A stretch of 64,000 bases of DNA. Origin: an uncultured Acidimicrobiaceae bacterium. GTDB lineage: Bacteria > Actinomycetota > Acidimicrobiia > Acidimicrobiales > Palsa-688. The notes below the pieces were generated by a model. That model worked only from the letters and a program-made list of their open reading frames with translations, searched no databases and was not told the origin of the DNA. The stretch's first letter is position 1; every line of letters begins with the position of its first letter. The stretch is taken from positions 14,962 to 78,961 of the forward strand of contig CAWICT010000014.1 in assembly GCA_963834735.1 (NCBI GenBank), given 5' to 3'. Positions 17,660 to 27,441 of the stretch are shown piece by piece. The position numbers and the translations under genes were made by a program.

Positions 17660-18259
17660 CGGCCTCAGGATGAGGCGAGATCGAGGGCCAGCCGAGGCTA
17701 GCGGGAGGGCCAGCAGCGAGGGCGCGCCGAAGCTACGAGGGTGCAGGAGAGGTTCTGCAGGATGAGGGTGAGCAGCTACATAACGCTCGATGAGATGCGC
17801 CGTATCCGCAAGGTTCTGCCGAATGCTGCCGGCGATCGTGCGCTCGGCGAGGGAGCCGAGAAGAGGGATATGCACCCGTAAATCCGCCACCAAATGCTGG
17901 CAACACTGGTGATCGCCGACATCGTGCAGCTCGTACCAACCCTGAAAGGAAAGCAAACTGCCATAGTTGTCAGGGACCATCTTGACCGTGCTCCGCCCGG
18001 TGGCCAGGTCTACCTCGGTCACCTGCGACCACGTCAGTTTCTTGGGGTCGAGGATCGCTTTGGCCGGTCCGTTCAGCTCGCCAGCGAAGCGGTAACCGAG
18101 CTCGATCCGCGCCGTGCCCGGCCCCGCAGAAAACGAGCGCACCTCGGGAGCGGAGATGTCCGGAAGCTCTCCCAGGCTCCGGTAGAAATCGGCGTCCAAG
18201 AAGGCAGATTGGGCGTCCTCCGCCGTTGCAGCGATCGGCTGGTCCACGACGATTTCCAT
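17660..18259 (-). CDS. DUF2505 (SRPBCC-fold) protein portion; no in-frame stop before the downstream hydrolase
   Basis: MEIVVDQPIAATAEDAQSAFLDADFYRSLG...TIAGSIRQNLADTAHLIERY, about 165 aa, matches the DUF2505 architecture. The ORF then runs on through a Pro/Leu-rich linker into the hydrolase. Confidence 0.55.
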
Positions 18260-18263
18260 CTCC

Positions 18264-19249
18264 TCAGATGCCGCCAGTCGTGTCGCAGTCGAGCGGGCCT
18301 TCGAGTGCTGTCAGGTCATCCTCCATGACGGCGAAGTAGGTAGGCGGGGCCGGGCCTCCCGGGCTGGGGGCGAGTTCCATCGGGTTGAGGCTCTTGACGG
18401 GGACCCCGGCGGATGTGGCGACTTCTTGCACTTGGCCGGACGGTACGCCGACCTCACTGAAAACGGCAGGGAGAGAGCTTGCGCGCGCACCAGGGTTGCC
18501 GTTTTCTTCACACCCAAGGTGCCGACGGCGAGATCTGTGAGGTCAAAGCTGGAAGCGAGCCCCGCAAACGCGTTATCCGAAGTGATGAACTGGCTGATGG
18601 TGCAGTCGGTAAAAGTGCTCTCGAAGTCCGACTCGATCGAGTTAGCCACCGCAGCGAAGTTTCGCGAACCGTCCTCGAACACCGAGTGCTCAGCTGGTTC
18701 AGCGCCGGTCAGGGCCTGGGCGATCACGCCCGCTGCGTCGGCCATGAGGTATGGGTCGAGCCAGAACTCGTACGGTTCGCCCCGCTTCGAGACCGCCGGC
18801 AGTACCGACAGGTGCCGTCGAGCGGAGCCGGCGGCGGACTCGACTTCGGGCTGGTACCCGCCGCCGACATCAATTACGACGGCGGCATGCTCGATCTCCT
18901 CCCGCTCGGCCGCTGTCAGCGAGAGATCCTGCGGTTGGGTGCCAGGCGGCGCGAGGTCGACGACGTGTACAGCAGGTCCACCCACGTAACTCGTCAACTG
19001 GGCCAGAGGAAATACAGAGACCACGACCTCTAGGGGGGCTGGGCGCGGCTGCGCCGCTCGTGCGGGCGCAGTACGGGCGGGTGCAGGACCTGTACTACGA
19101 GCGGGCGCAGTACCCGCACTACGAGCGGGCGCCCCTCCGCAGCCGGCGAGCCCCGCTCCTGCCGCAAGGACAGAGACGACAGATACGACAATGACCGGCG
19201 CATGCCACGAGCTGGGTCGCTTGCAGGGCCGGTGCATCTGTCCGAGCAT
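18264..19249 (-). CDS. metal (Zn/Mn) ABC transporter substrate-binding lipoprotein, ZnuA-like (frame disruption near 18465)
   Basis: Lipobox in VLAAGAGLAGCGG. Core sequence: VVSVFPLAQLTSYVGGPAVHVVDLAPPGTQPQDLSLT...FWLDP. After ...LVRAQALSL the real reading is VFSEVGVPSGQVQEVATSAGVPVKSLNPMEL...CDTTGGI, ending at TGA 18264-18266. Start is ATG 19249 or 19237. Confidence 0.7.
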
Positions 19250-19427
19250 GGCACCGACACCGCCCAAACGGCCATCCGCCCGGGTACGGAACTCTCGGCG
19301 CCCTGCTGCGCCGCACAAACACCGGCGCACCTGCGGCCCGCAGCCGGCCAGCGCACTCCAATGAACTCCACCCGGCCCGATGAGGCTAGTTCTCCCGGCG
19401 GGCGCATAGGCTTGGTGTGTAAGAAAG

Positions 19428-20873
19428 GTGGTGGTCCCTACGGCCGCGTCTTCGGAGTCGTTTGATGTAGTTGTCATCGGGGGTGGGCCAGCTGGTTATG
19501 CGGCAGCGCTTTACGGCGGGCTAGCCGGCTTGCGTATCGCCCTCGTGGAGAAAGAAAAGGTGGGCGGTACTTGTTTGCACCGTGGCTGCATCCCAGCCAA
19601 GGAACTGCTGGAAACGGCCGCTGTTTACCGGACAGTGAAGGGCGCCAAGGAGTACGGCATTGGCGTGGACGGCTGGACGGTCGATTTTTCGGCCACCCAA
19701 GTTCGCAAGAACAAAGTGATCGACCAGCTCCATAAAGGCCTACAAGGGCTGCTCAAGCGCCGCAAGGTCGTTACCTTCGCCGGCAGCGGGAAGCTGTTGC
19801 CCGGCAGGGTTGTCCAAGTCGAGGGCCTGGACGGTGGGACCACGGAGCTGACGGCGCCGGCGGTCATCCTGGCAGCGGGCTCGGTGCCCCGGACGATCCC
19901 GGGTTTCGAGGTTGACGGCCGTTTCGTGCTCACGAGCGACGAGGTGCTCGAGCTCGAGCGATTGCCCGAGACAGCGGTCGTGATAGGTGGTGGGGCAATC
20001 GGCTGCGAGTTCGCCTCGATGCTCTCCGACATGGGTACTCGGGTGACCGTTCTGGAGGCCCTTCCGAGGATCCTCCCGGGGGTCGACAAAGACGTGGTGG
20101 AAGTCGTTGCGAGGTCGTTCAGAAGGCGCGGCATCGACGTCAAGACGGGGGTCATGGTCAAGGGCCATACCCCCACCGAGGACGGCAAAGGCACCATCGT
20201 CGACTACAGCGTCGGGCGTGACGGGGCAACGGAGCAGGTCGAGGTGCAAGCGGTCGTCGTCTCGGTCGGCCGGCGGCCCCTCAGCGACGGGCTGCTTGCG
20301 CCCGGTAGCGGCGTCGAGGTCGATGAGCGGGGCTTCGTGAAGGTCGACGAGCTGATGCAGACCAGCGAGGCCGGCGTCTGGGCGGCCGGTGACCTCGTAG
20401 CTACCCCGGGGCTTGCCCACGTGGGTTTTGCTGAGGCGATGCTGATCATCGACCAGCTGCTCGAAAGGCCGGTCGTGCCGATGGACTACGGCAAGGTGCC
20501 TTGGTGCGTGTACACACACCCCGAGGTGGCCTTCGCCGGGTACTCCGAAGAGGCAGCCGTTGAGGCCGGCTATGACGTGGTCACCAAGAAGGACTCTTAC
20601 GGAGGCAACGGGCGCGCCATGATCGTGGGCGAAACCGACGGGCTGGTCAAGGTGATAGCCGAAAAGTTGCCCGATGGTTCCGCCGGCCGCATCCTGGGTG
20701 TCCATATGGTCGGGCCCTGGGTGACCGAGCAGCTCGGGCAGGGTTACATGGCAGTCAACTGGGAGGCCACAGCAGAAGAAGTCGCCCGCTTCGTGCAACC
20801 GCACCCATCATTGTCGGAGGTATTCGGCGAGACAGTGCTCGCCCTGGCTGGAAGAGGTCTACACGTTGGCTGA
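19428..20873 (+). CDS. lpdA: dihydrolipoyl dehydrogenase (E3)
   Basis: FAD motif FDVVVIGGGPAGYAAA and redox-active disulfide GGTCLHRGCIPAK. 481 aa. Confidence 0.92.
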   Translation: MVVPTAASSESFDVVVIGGGPAGYAAALYGGLAGLRIALVEKEKVGGTCLHRGCIPAKELLETAAVYRTVKGAKEYGIGVDGWTVDFSATQVRKNKVIDQLHKGLQGLLKRRKVVTFAGSGKLLPGRVVQVEGLDGGTTELTAPAVILAAGSVPRTIPGFEVDGRFVLTSDEVLELERLPETAVVIGGGAIGCEFASMLSDMGTRVTVLEALPRILPGVDKDVVEVVARSFRRRGIDVKTGVMVKGHTPTEDGKGTIVDYSVGRDGATEQVEVQAVVVSVGRRPLSDGLLAPGSGVEVDERGFVKVDELMQTSEAGVWAAGDLVATPGLAHVGFAEAMLIIDQLLERPVVPMDYGKVPWCVYTHPEVAFAGYSEEAAVEAGYDVVTKKDSYGGNGRAMIVGETDGLVKVIAEKLPDGSAGRILGVHMVGPWVTEQLGQGYMAVNWEATAEEVARFVQPHPSLSEVFGETVLALAGRGLHVG

Positions 20874-22371
20874 AATCACGATGCCCCAGCTCGGTGAGAC
20901 TGTCACCGAGGGCACCATCACGAAGTGGCACAAGCGGGTCGGCGACGAGGTCGTTGAAGATGAGGTCCTATTCGAGGTCTCGACCGACAAGGTCGACTCG
21001 GAGGTGCCCTCGCCCGTCAGCGGCACCGTCGACGAGATCCTCGTCCAAGAAGGTGAGACCGTTTCCGTCGGTACCAAATTGGCCGTCATAGGCCAGGGTG
21101 GCGCCGCTACCGCCGGCGCCGTCGCCGGCGCGGACCAAGCAGGTCAAGCAGGTCAAGCAGGTCAAGCACCCGCGGCGGCGACCGCCCCGGCGCCGGCTGC
21201 TACGGCCGCGGCGACCGCAGAGGCGCCGGACGAGGACGACGTCCCCGTTGGCGCCGGCGCCGAGCAAGGTACGAGCAGCCGCCGCCAAGGCGGGCAGGCC
21301 GCGCAGGCGAAACCCCCTACAGGGGCGCCTCCCAGGCCGGGTTCTCGTCCGGCAGACCAGCGCCCTCCGAGCGCGCCTGCCCAGGGTGGCCCGAGCAAGC
21401 TGTTGTCCCCGGTGGTCCGCCGGCTCATCGCAGAGCACGGGCTCGACCCGGCCGAGATAGTGGGTTCGGGCGCAGGAGGCCGGATCACTCGAGATGACGT
21501 GCTCGCGGCGATCGACGGCAAAGGCCCGAACGGGACCCAGCCCACCGTGGAAGGGCCTTTCGCGGACGAGGCCCCGGGTCGGGGACGCTCGAGCCGCACG
21601 GATGGATCCGTTCCTGCCGCGAGCGCCGCGGAGGCCGGTCCCGTACCGGTGGCGGGCCAGAACGACAGGGTCGTGCCGTTCACCAACATCCGGCGGCGCA
21701 CCGCCGAGCACATGGTCCGGTCCAAGCACACGTCGGCCCACACCATGATTGCGGTCGAGGTCGATTATTCGGCTGTGGACAAGGTGCGCAATGCCGAAAA
21801 GGACCGTTTCAAGGCGAACGAGGGTTTCAGCCTCACGTACTTGCCCTTCATCGCGAGGGCCGTCGTCGATGCTCTGGAGGACTGGCCCTACCTGAACTCT
21901 TCTGTTGGCGACGACGAGCTGATCGTCCATGGTGAGGTCAACCTCGGGATCGCCGTCGACCTCGACTTCGAGGGGCTTCTCGTCCCGGTTGTGCATCGGG
22001 CCGAAGAAAAGCGCCTGACTGCGCTCGCCCGCGAGATCGCCGGCCTGGCGTCCCGTGCGCGCTCGAAGCGGCTCACCATGGACGACATCTCCGGTGGGAC
22101 GTTCACCCTGACAAACGCCGGCGGTTTTGGGACCTTCATCACGGTCCCGGTCATAAACCAGCCCCAGGTCGCGATCCTGTCGACCGATGGCGTGAAGAAG
22201 CGCCCAGTGGTGATCGAGCTGCCTGACGGTTCTGACGGCATCGCGGTCCGCCCGGTTGGCAACCTGGTGATGTCGTGGGACCATCGTGCAGTCGACGGTG
22301 CCTACGCGGCCGCTTTCATGGCCAAGGTCCGCGACATTCTCCAAACCCGCGACTGGGCAACTGAGATTTGA
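20866..22371 (+). CDS. sucB: 2-oxoacid dehydrogenase E2 (dihydrolipoamide acyl/succinyltransferase)
   Basis: One lipoyl domain (LFEVSTDKVDSEVPSPVSG), an Ala/Pro/Gln linker with a 9-bp x3.7 repeat (21136-21168, AGQAGQAGQ), a PSBD (LSPVVRRLIAEHGLD) and a catalytic domain (SWDHRAVDGA). The start overlaps the lpdA stop. Confidence 0.9.
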   Translation: MAEITMPQLGETVTEGTITKWHKRVGDEVVEDEVLFEVSTDKVDSEVPSPVSGTVDEILVQEGETVSVGTKLAVIGQGGAATAGAVAGADQAGQAGQAGQAPAAATAPAPAATAAATAEAPDEDDVPVGAGAEQGTSSRRQGGQAAQAKPPTGAPPRPGSRPADQRPPSAPAQGGPSKLLSPVVRRLIAEHGLDPAEIVGSGAGGRITRDDVLAAIDGKGPNGTQPTVEGPFADEAPGRGRSSRTDGSVPAASAAEAGPVPVAGQNDRVVPFTNIRRRTAEHMVRSKHTSAHTMIAVEVDYSAVDKVRNAEKDRFKANEGFSLTYLPFIARAVVDALEDWPYLNSSVGDDELIVHGEVNLGIAVDLDFEGLLVPVVHRAEEKRLTALAREIAGLASRARSKRLTMDDISGGTFTLTNAGGFGTFITVPVINQPQVAILSTDGVKKRPVVIELPDGSDGIAVRPVGNLVMSWDHRAVDGAYAAAFMAKVRDILQTRDWATEI

Positions 22372-22467
22372 GCCAGACCGCCGCCTTTGGGCGCCACGCT
22401 TCCCTCCGCTGCGCCCGGCGAGCTGCGGTCGGCTGCGCCCGGTGAGCTGGCTGGCACCGGGAGCACG

Positions 22468-24288
22468 ATGAGCCCCGCCGCGCCCGGCGAGCTGCTTACG
22501 CCCGGCCGCACGCTGCGCCTGCGCTGGCTCGGCACACGTGTTGCGTACCGGGACGCTCACGCCCTTCAACGTGCTCTGTGGGCGGCGGGCGAACCGGCTG
22601 ACGATTGGCTCCTACTGCTCGAGCACCCGCACGTCTACACGGCGGGCATCCGTGCGAGGACCGAGCACATGCTGGTCGACCCTTCAAGTGTGGGTGCGGA
22701 GCTGCTCTGGGTTGACCGGGGCGGCGACATCACCTACCACGGCCCCGGCCAAGTGGTCGGTTACCCCGTCCTGTCCGTGCCCAGCGGGCATTCGGCAACT
22801 CCGCGCTACATCCACGAGGTCGAACAGCTGGTAATCGAGACCTTGGCGAGCCTCGGCCTCGACGATGCCGGGCGGCTGGAGGGCTACCCGGGCGTGTGGG
22901 CCGGCCTGCACGGGCCGCGGCCTCGCAAGATTTGCGCCATTGGAGCCCGCCACAGCCGCCGGCGCACCATGCACGGTTTCGCTCTCAACGTCAGCACGGA
23001 CCTGGCCATGTTCGGCCACATCGTGCCCTGCGGGATCTCGGACAAGGAGGTCACTTCGCTCCAGGCCGAAGGGCTGACGGTAGGCATTGCCGAGGTCGTC
23101 GAGGCCATCTTCGCAGTAGCGGCAGAGCGGTGGGGAAAGGGAAGGCCGGTTGAACGCCAGGACGCGGCGTGGCCGGGGACTGGCCCGGTTGCTACGGCCG
23201 TCTCCACGACCTCCGCACTGGTGGACGCTCCGCTGCCGGCTGTGCCGGCCCAAGCTACTGGGGCGGCCCGACCTATTGCCCCCGCCCAGCCGGTACGCCT
23301 GCTCGGCCGGCTCGCCCAGGCTGGGGTTGACCCGGCCGCCGGCCTCGCGCTCGGTGCCCGCAAGCCCGCGTGGTTACGGGCGAACGCCAACATGGGTACC
23401 GAGTTCCGGTCGCTCCGCAAGACCGTGCGCGGCCTCGGGCTCGTGACCGTCTGCGAGGAGGCGGGCTGCCCGAACATCTTCGAATGTTGGGCTGACGGCA
23501 CCGCGACATTCATGATAAATGGCGACCGCTGCACGCGTGCGTGCGGCTTTTGCCAGGTGAATACTGCCAAACCGCTTCCCCTCGACCCAGAGGAGCCCGA
23601 ACGTGTGGCCGAGGCCGTAGCTCGCCTCGGCCTCGCTCACGCGGTCGTGACCTGCGTCGCACGCGACGACCTCGAAGACGGTGGCGCATCGGCTTTCGCG
23701 GCGACGATCGAAGCGCTCCGTCGGCGTTGTCCGGGAACCGCGGTCGAGGTCCTGATCTCGGACTGCAAAGGGGACCCGGCGGCGCTCGGCCGCATCTTCG
23801 ACAAGCGCCCAGACGTGCTCAACCACAACGTCGAAACGGTGCCCCGCCTGCAGCGAGCGGTGCGACCGTCGGCGTCGTACGCGCGCACCCTGGCGGTCCT
23901 CTCCCGTGCTCGCGAAGCCGGGCTTACAACCAAGTCGGGGCTGATGGTTGGGTTAGGCGAGACCGAGGCAGAAGTCATCGGTGTGCTTGCAGACCTGCAG
24001 GCGATCGGAGTGCAGATTGTCACGATCGGCCAGTACCTGCGCCCGTCTGCCAGCCACCTCCCAGTGGCGCGCTGGTGGTCGCCGGAAGACTTCGCCCTGC
24101 TCGCAGAGGCGGGCCGCGCGCTTGGCATCTCGCACGTGGTCGCCTCGCCGCTCACCAGGTCGAGCTACCACGCCCGGCAGGCAGCCGAAGATGCAGGAGG
24201 AGCGCCTGTCGGCGTCGCGGCGGCACCTGGGGCCGGTGCAGGGGCAAGCGCAGGAGCGGTCGTCAACGCTTCCGGAGGTGCGGCTTGA
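22468..24288 (+). CDS. lipB/lipA: octanoyltransferase LipB and lipoyl synthase LipA in one uninterrupted ORF
   Basis: LipB part: LLLLEHPHVYTAGIR, GGDITYHGPGQVVGYP, KICAIGARHSRRRTMHGFALN. A roughly 70-aa Ala/Pro linker follows. LipA part: VCEEAGCPNIFECW, CTRACGFCQV, NHNVETVPRL, SGLMVGLGET, LTRSSYHA. No stop lies between them. ATG 22468 is preferred over the ORF-track start at 22387. Confidence 0.8.
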   Translation: MSPAAPGELLTPGRTLRLRWLGTRVAYRDAHALQRALWAAGEPADDWLLLLEHPHVYTAGIRARTEHMLVDPSSVGAELLWVDRGGDITYHGPGQVVGYPVLSVPSGHSATPRYIHEVEQLVIETLASLGLDDAGRLEGYPGVWAGLHGPRPRKICAIGARHSRRRTMHGFALNVSTDLAMFGHIVPCGISDKEVTSLQAEGLTVGIAEVVEAIFAVAAERWGKGRPVERQDAAWPGTGPVATAVSTTSALVDAPLPAVPAQATGAARPIAPAQPVRLLGRLAQAGVDPAAGLALGARKPAWLRANANMGTEFRSLRKTVRGLGLVTVCEEAGCPNIFECWADGTATFMINGDRCTRACGFCQVNTAKPLPLDPEEPERVAEAVARLGLAHAVVTCVARDDLEDGGASAFAATIEALRRRCPGTAVEVLISDCKGDPAALGRIFDKRPDVLNHNVETVPRLQRAVRPSASYARTLAVLSRAREAGLTTKSGLMVGLGETEAEVIGVLADLQAIGVQIVTIGQYLRPSASHLPVARWWSPEDFALLAEAGRALGISHVVASPLTRSSYHARQAAEDAGGAPVGVAAAPGAGAGASAGAVVNASGGAA

Positions 24289-25408
24289 GCGCCGCGCCCT
24301 TTGCGGCCCGGCTGGCGCGGGCCCATGAGGCCATGTCCATTACCGGCGTCGACGCTCTCTTGCTCTCTCTCGGTGCTGACCTGCCCTGGCTCAGCGGCTA
24401 CGTGGCCATGCCGCTCGAACGGCTGACGATGCTGGTGGTCCCAGCCGCCGGTGGCAGCGAGCAGGCGACCCTGGTCGTGCCGGCGCTCGAGGCACCGCGT
24501 GTGACGCCGGTCCCGGAGGTGTTCTCGGTTCGGCCATGGGGCGAGATGGAGGACCCGGTCGAGATCGTGGCCTCTCTCGTGCGCCGTTTCACGGGGAAGG
24601 CGCCCGCCCTGGCGATCAGCGACCGGGCGTGGGCAACGTTCCTGCTGCAGCTCGAGCGGGCCCTGCCCGACGCCACCTGGAGGACAGCTTCGACAGTGAC
24701 GGCGCCCCTCAGGGCGATCAAGGACGCGGCCGAGGTCGAAGCGCTGGCCAAGGCCGCCGCAGCGGCGGACCGGGTCGCAGCCGCTCTGCTCGGCGGCGAG
24801 ATCGCGCTCGTTCAGCGCACCGAACGCGAGGTTTCGGCGGAGTTATCGAGGCGCCTTCTCGAGGAGGGCAACGAGAAGGTCAACTTTGCGATCGTAGGGT
24901 CAGGGCCAATTCAGCGAGCCCACACCACGAGCCCGGCGAGCGTGTCATCCAGCCCAGGGAACCGGTTGTATGCGATTTCGGCGGAACGCTTGACGGCTAT
25001 TGCTCGGATATCACACGGACAGTTTTTACCGGCGAACCCTCCCGGGAGCTGGCGAAAATCTACGGAGTCGTTGCCAAGGCCCAAGCCGCCGGGGTGATCG
25101 CGGCTCAGGTCGGCGAGCTCTGCAGTGGTGTCGACGGTGCTGCGCGCCGGGTCATCGACGAAGCGGGTTTCGGCGAGTACTTCGTGCACCGGACCGGCCA
25201 TGGCATCGGCCTCGAGGAGCATGAAGATCCCTATATGGTCGCCGGCAACTCGACGCCGCTCACCGCCGGCAATGCGTTCTCGGTCGAACCGGGCATTTAT
25301 CTACCGGACCGCTATGGGGTGCGCATCGAGGACATAGTGGTGGCCACCATGCGGGGGCCTCGGCCCCTCAACCTGGCCGATCACGCCCTCACGGTTGTCG
25401 AGGCCTGA
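24285..25408 (+). CDS. M24 family Xaa-Pro aminopeptidase/dipeptidase (frame disruption near 24908)
   Basis: TTG 24285 overlaps the lipA stop (TTGA). The N-terminal creatinase-like part ends ...NFAIVGSGP, and the reading continues in another frame as NSASPHHEPGERVIQ...DFGGTLDGYCSDITRT...HRTGHGIGLEEHE...SVEPGIY...RIED. The shift maps to CCAATT (expected CCAAATT). Confidence 0.8.
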
Positions 25409-25514
25409 CGGTCGCTGGGCCGCTCCGGCAGGCTGGGCCGGCCGGCCGGTCTCGTTGGGGTTCTGAGCGACTTCGGAGCGCCGGCTCAGGTTCTGCTCAG
25501 CAAATGACGAGAAC

Positions 25515-26912
25515 ATGGGTCGAGTGACCAGCACGGCGCCCACTCGGGCTCCCGCGGACGCAGCCCGCCGGCAACGTTACTTGTACGGGCTGAGCCAGCC
25601 CACCCGTGAAGCTGTAGTGGCCGCCGCCGTCGCCCTGGGGGCCCTCGGCGTGATGTACATGTGGTGGCACGACACGAGCCCGGCGAGCGTTTATGGCCCC
25701 GGCCCCTGGCTCACGGCTGCCGGCCGGGTCACTGGCCTCCTAGGGACCTACCTGGTCGTCATCGAGGTGCTGCTCATGGGCCGGGTCCCGTGGCTCGACC
25801 GGATGATCGGCATGGACCGCTTGGCGGTATGGCACCGACGCAACGGGGAGTACTCGATTTGCCTGTTAGTGGCGCATGCCTTGCTGATCATCTGGGGGTA
25901 CGCCGTCACCACCCACGACGGCTTGTTGGGCGAGACGAAGTCTGTTGTGCTCTCCTACCCGGACATGCTGGCAGCGACCGTAGGGCTCGGTTTGCTCGTG
26001 TTGGTGGGGGTTTTGTCGGCCCGGGCGGTACGCAAGCGCGTGAACTATCACACCTGGTACTTCGTACACCTCTACACGTACATCGCCCTCGCACTTTCCT
26101 TTGCGCACCAGTTCAACACCGGTGCAGACTTTGCGACGCACCCGCTCAACAGGCTCATCTGGGGAGCCATGTACGGGACCGTTGCCGCGCTCCTGATCTT
26201 CTACCGCGTCGTCACGCCCCTGCTCAACATGGCGCGCCATCGTTTCGTCGTCGTCGGGACAGCGAGCGAGGGCCCGGGCCTCACATCGGTCTACGTCTCG
26301 GGCAGGGAGCTGGGCAAGCTTGGTGCAGATGCCGGCCAGTTCTTCCTTTGGCGGTTCCTGACACGGGACGGCTGGTGGCAGGCTCACCCCTTCAGCCTGT
26401 CGGCCGCTCCCAACGGGCGATGGTTCCGTATGACGGTTAAAGCACTGGGCGACCACAGCTCAGGTTTGGCGACGCTGCGCCCCGGCACCAAGGTCTTGCT
26501 AGAGGGACCGTTCGGCAACTTCACGACGCGCTGGCGAAGGGGTCGCAAGCTCCTGATGATCGGTGCCGGCGTAGGCATAACCCCGCTACGGGCCATGTTC
26601 GAGGAGGCGGCCACGGCGTCGGGTGACGTGACCCTGTTGTACCGGGCGAGCAACTCCGATGAGCTCGGGCTGCGGGCCGAGCTCGACGAAATAGCGCAGA
26701 GGCGCGGCGCCAAGGTCCACTACCTGGTAGGTCCGAGGGACGAGCACCCCGAGTACCTGACCCCAAATCATCTTCAGCGGCTCGTGCGAGACGTCGTCCA
26801 GCGCGACGTGTACGTGTGCGGTCCTCCAGGTTTCACAGCGACGGTCAACTCAAGCCTTCGCGCATTGCGCGTCCCGCGGCGCCACGTCCACACCGAACTG
26901 TTCGAGCTGTAG
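25515..26912 (+). CDS. ferric reductase-like transmembrane protein with FAD- and NAD-binding domains
   Basis: About six N-terminal TM helices with conserved His residues, followed by a ferredoxin-reductase-type module (HPFSLS, MIGAGVGITP, VYVCGPPGF). Confidence 0.8.
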   Translation: MGRVTSTAPTRAPADAARRQRYLYGLSQPTREAVVAAAVALGALGVMYMWWHDTSPASVYGPGPWLTAAGRVTGLLGTYLVVIEVLLMGRVPWLDRMIGMDRLAVWHRRNGEYSICLLVAHALLIIWGYAVTTHDGLLGETKSVVLSYPDMLAATVGLGLLVLVGVLSARAVRKRVNYHTWYFVHLYTYIALALSFAHQFNTGADFATHPLNRLIWGAMYGTVAALLIFYRVVTPLLNMARHRFVVVGTASEGPGLTSVYVSGRELGKLGADAGQFFLWRFLTRDGWWQAHPFSLSAAPNGRWFRMTVKALGDHSSGLATLRPGTKVLLEGPFGNFTTRWRRGRKLLMIGAGVGITPLRAMFEEAATASGDVTLLYRASNSDELGLRAELDEIAQRRGAKVHYLVGPRDEHPEYLTPNHLQRLVRDVVQRDVYVCGPPGFTATVNSSLRALRVPRRHVHTELFEL

Positions 26913-26928
26913 GTAGAACGGGAGTGTT

Positions 26929-27441
26929 ATGCGTCGCGCCGTGATCGCCACAGCCGGGACGGTGGTCGGCCTCGTTCTCCTGCTCGGCTACCGCTCAGAA
27001 GGAGCTGTCAAGGTCGACAAGGTCGACGCGGGCGCTGGGACGAGCAGTACCAGCCCCAGCACCAACACCACCATCGGCTCGGGCACCAACACCGGCACCA
27101 ACGCAGGCACCAGCGCAGGCACCAACACGGCCACGACGGTACCGACGGCGGCTTCTTCGAGCTCCGACCGGACCTACACGGGCCAGGATGTCTCCTATCG
27201 TTACGGCGACATCGAGGTGGCTGTCATCGTGGACGGCAGCCGGATCGTCACTGTCTCGGTGCCTCAGGACGACGCGTTCTCCCCGTACTCCCAGACGGTG
27301 AACTCGGCGGCGGTCCCCATCCTGGTGCGCGAGGCTGTGGCCGCTCAGGGCCTCAACTTCGACGTCGTTTCGGGGGCAACGTACACGAGCGACGCTTTCG
27401 CCCAGTCGCTGCAGTCTGCCCTCGATAAATCCAGCCAATGA
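26929..27441 (+). CDS. exported FMN-binding domain protein (predicted ApbE substrate)
   Basis: An N-terminal TM or signal segment and a Thr/Ser/Gly/Asn linker precede the FMN_bind-like domain. That domain carries the flavinylation motif DVVSGAT at nt 27361-27381. Confidence 0.8.
   Translation: MRRAVIATAGTVVGLVLLLGYRSEGAVKVDKVDAGAGTSSTSPSTNTTIGSGTNTGTNAGTSAGTNTATTVPTAASSSSDRTYTGQDVSYRYGDIEVAVIVDGSRIVTVSVPQDDAFSPYSQTVNSAAVPILVREAVAAQGLNFDVVSGATYTSDAFAQSLQSALDKSSQ

Noticed and set aside
19740-22569. Long antisense ORFs, for example 19740..20804(-) and 20968..22569(-). Similar ones are 34382..35911(-), 47034..48392(-), 56497..57861(-), 32622..33560(-), 37735..38808(-) and 13210..14115(-).
   Set aside because: These are typical high-GC shadow ORFs opposite well-supported genes. 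They are Arg/Pro/Gly-rich with no recognisable motifs, and their GC3 pattern fits the opposite strand.
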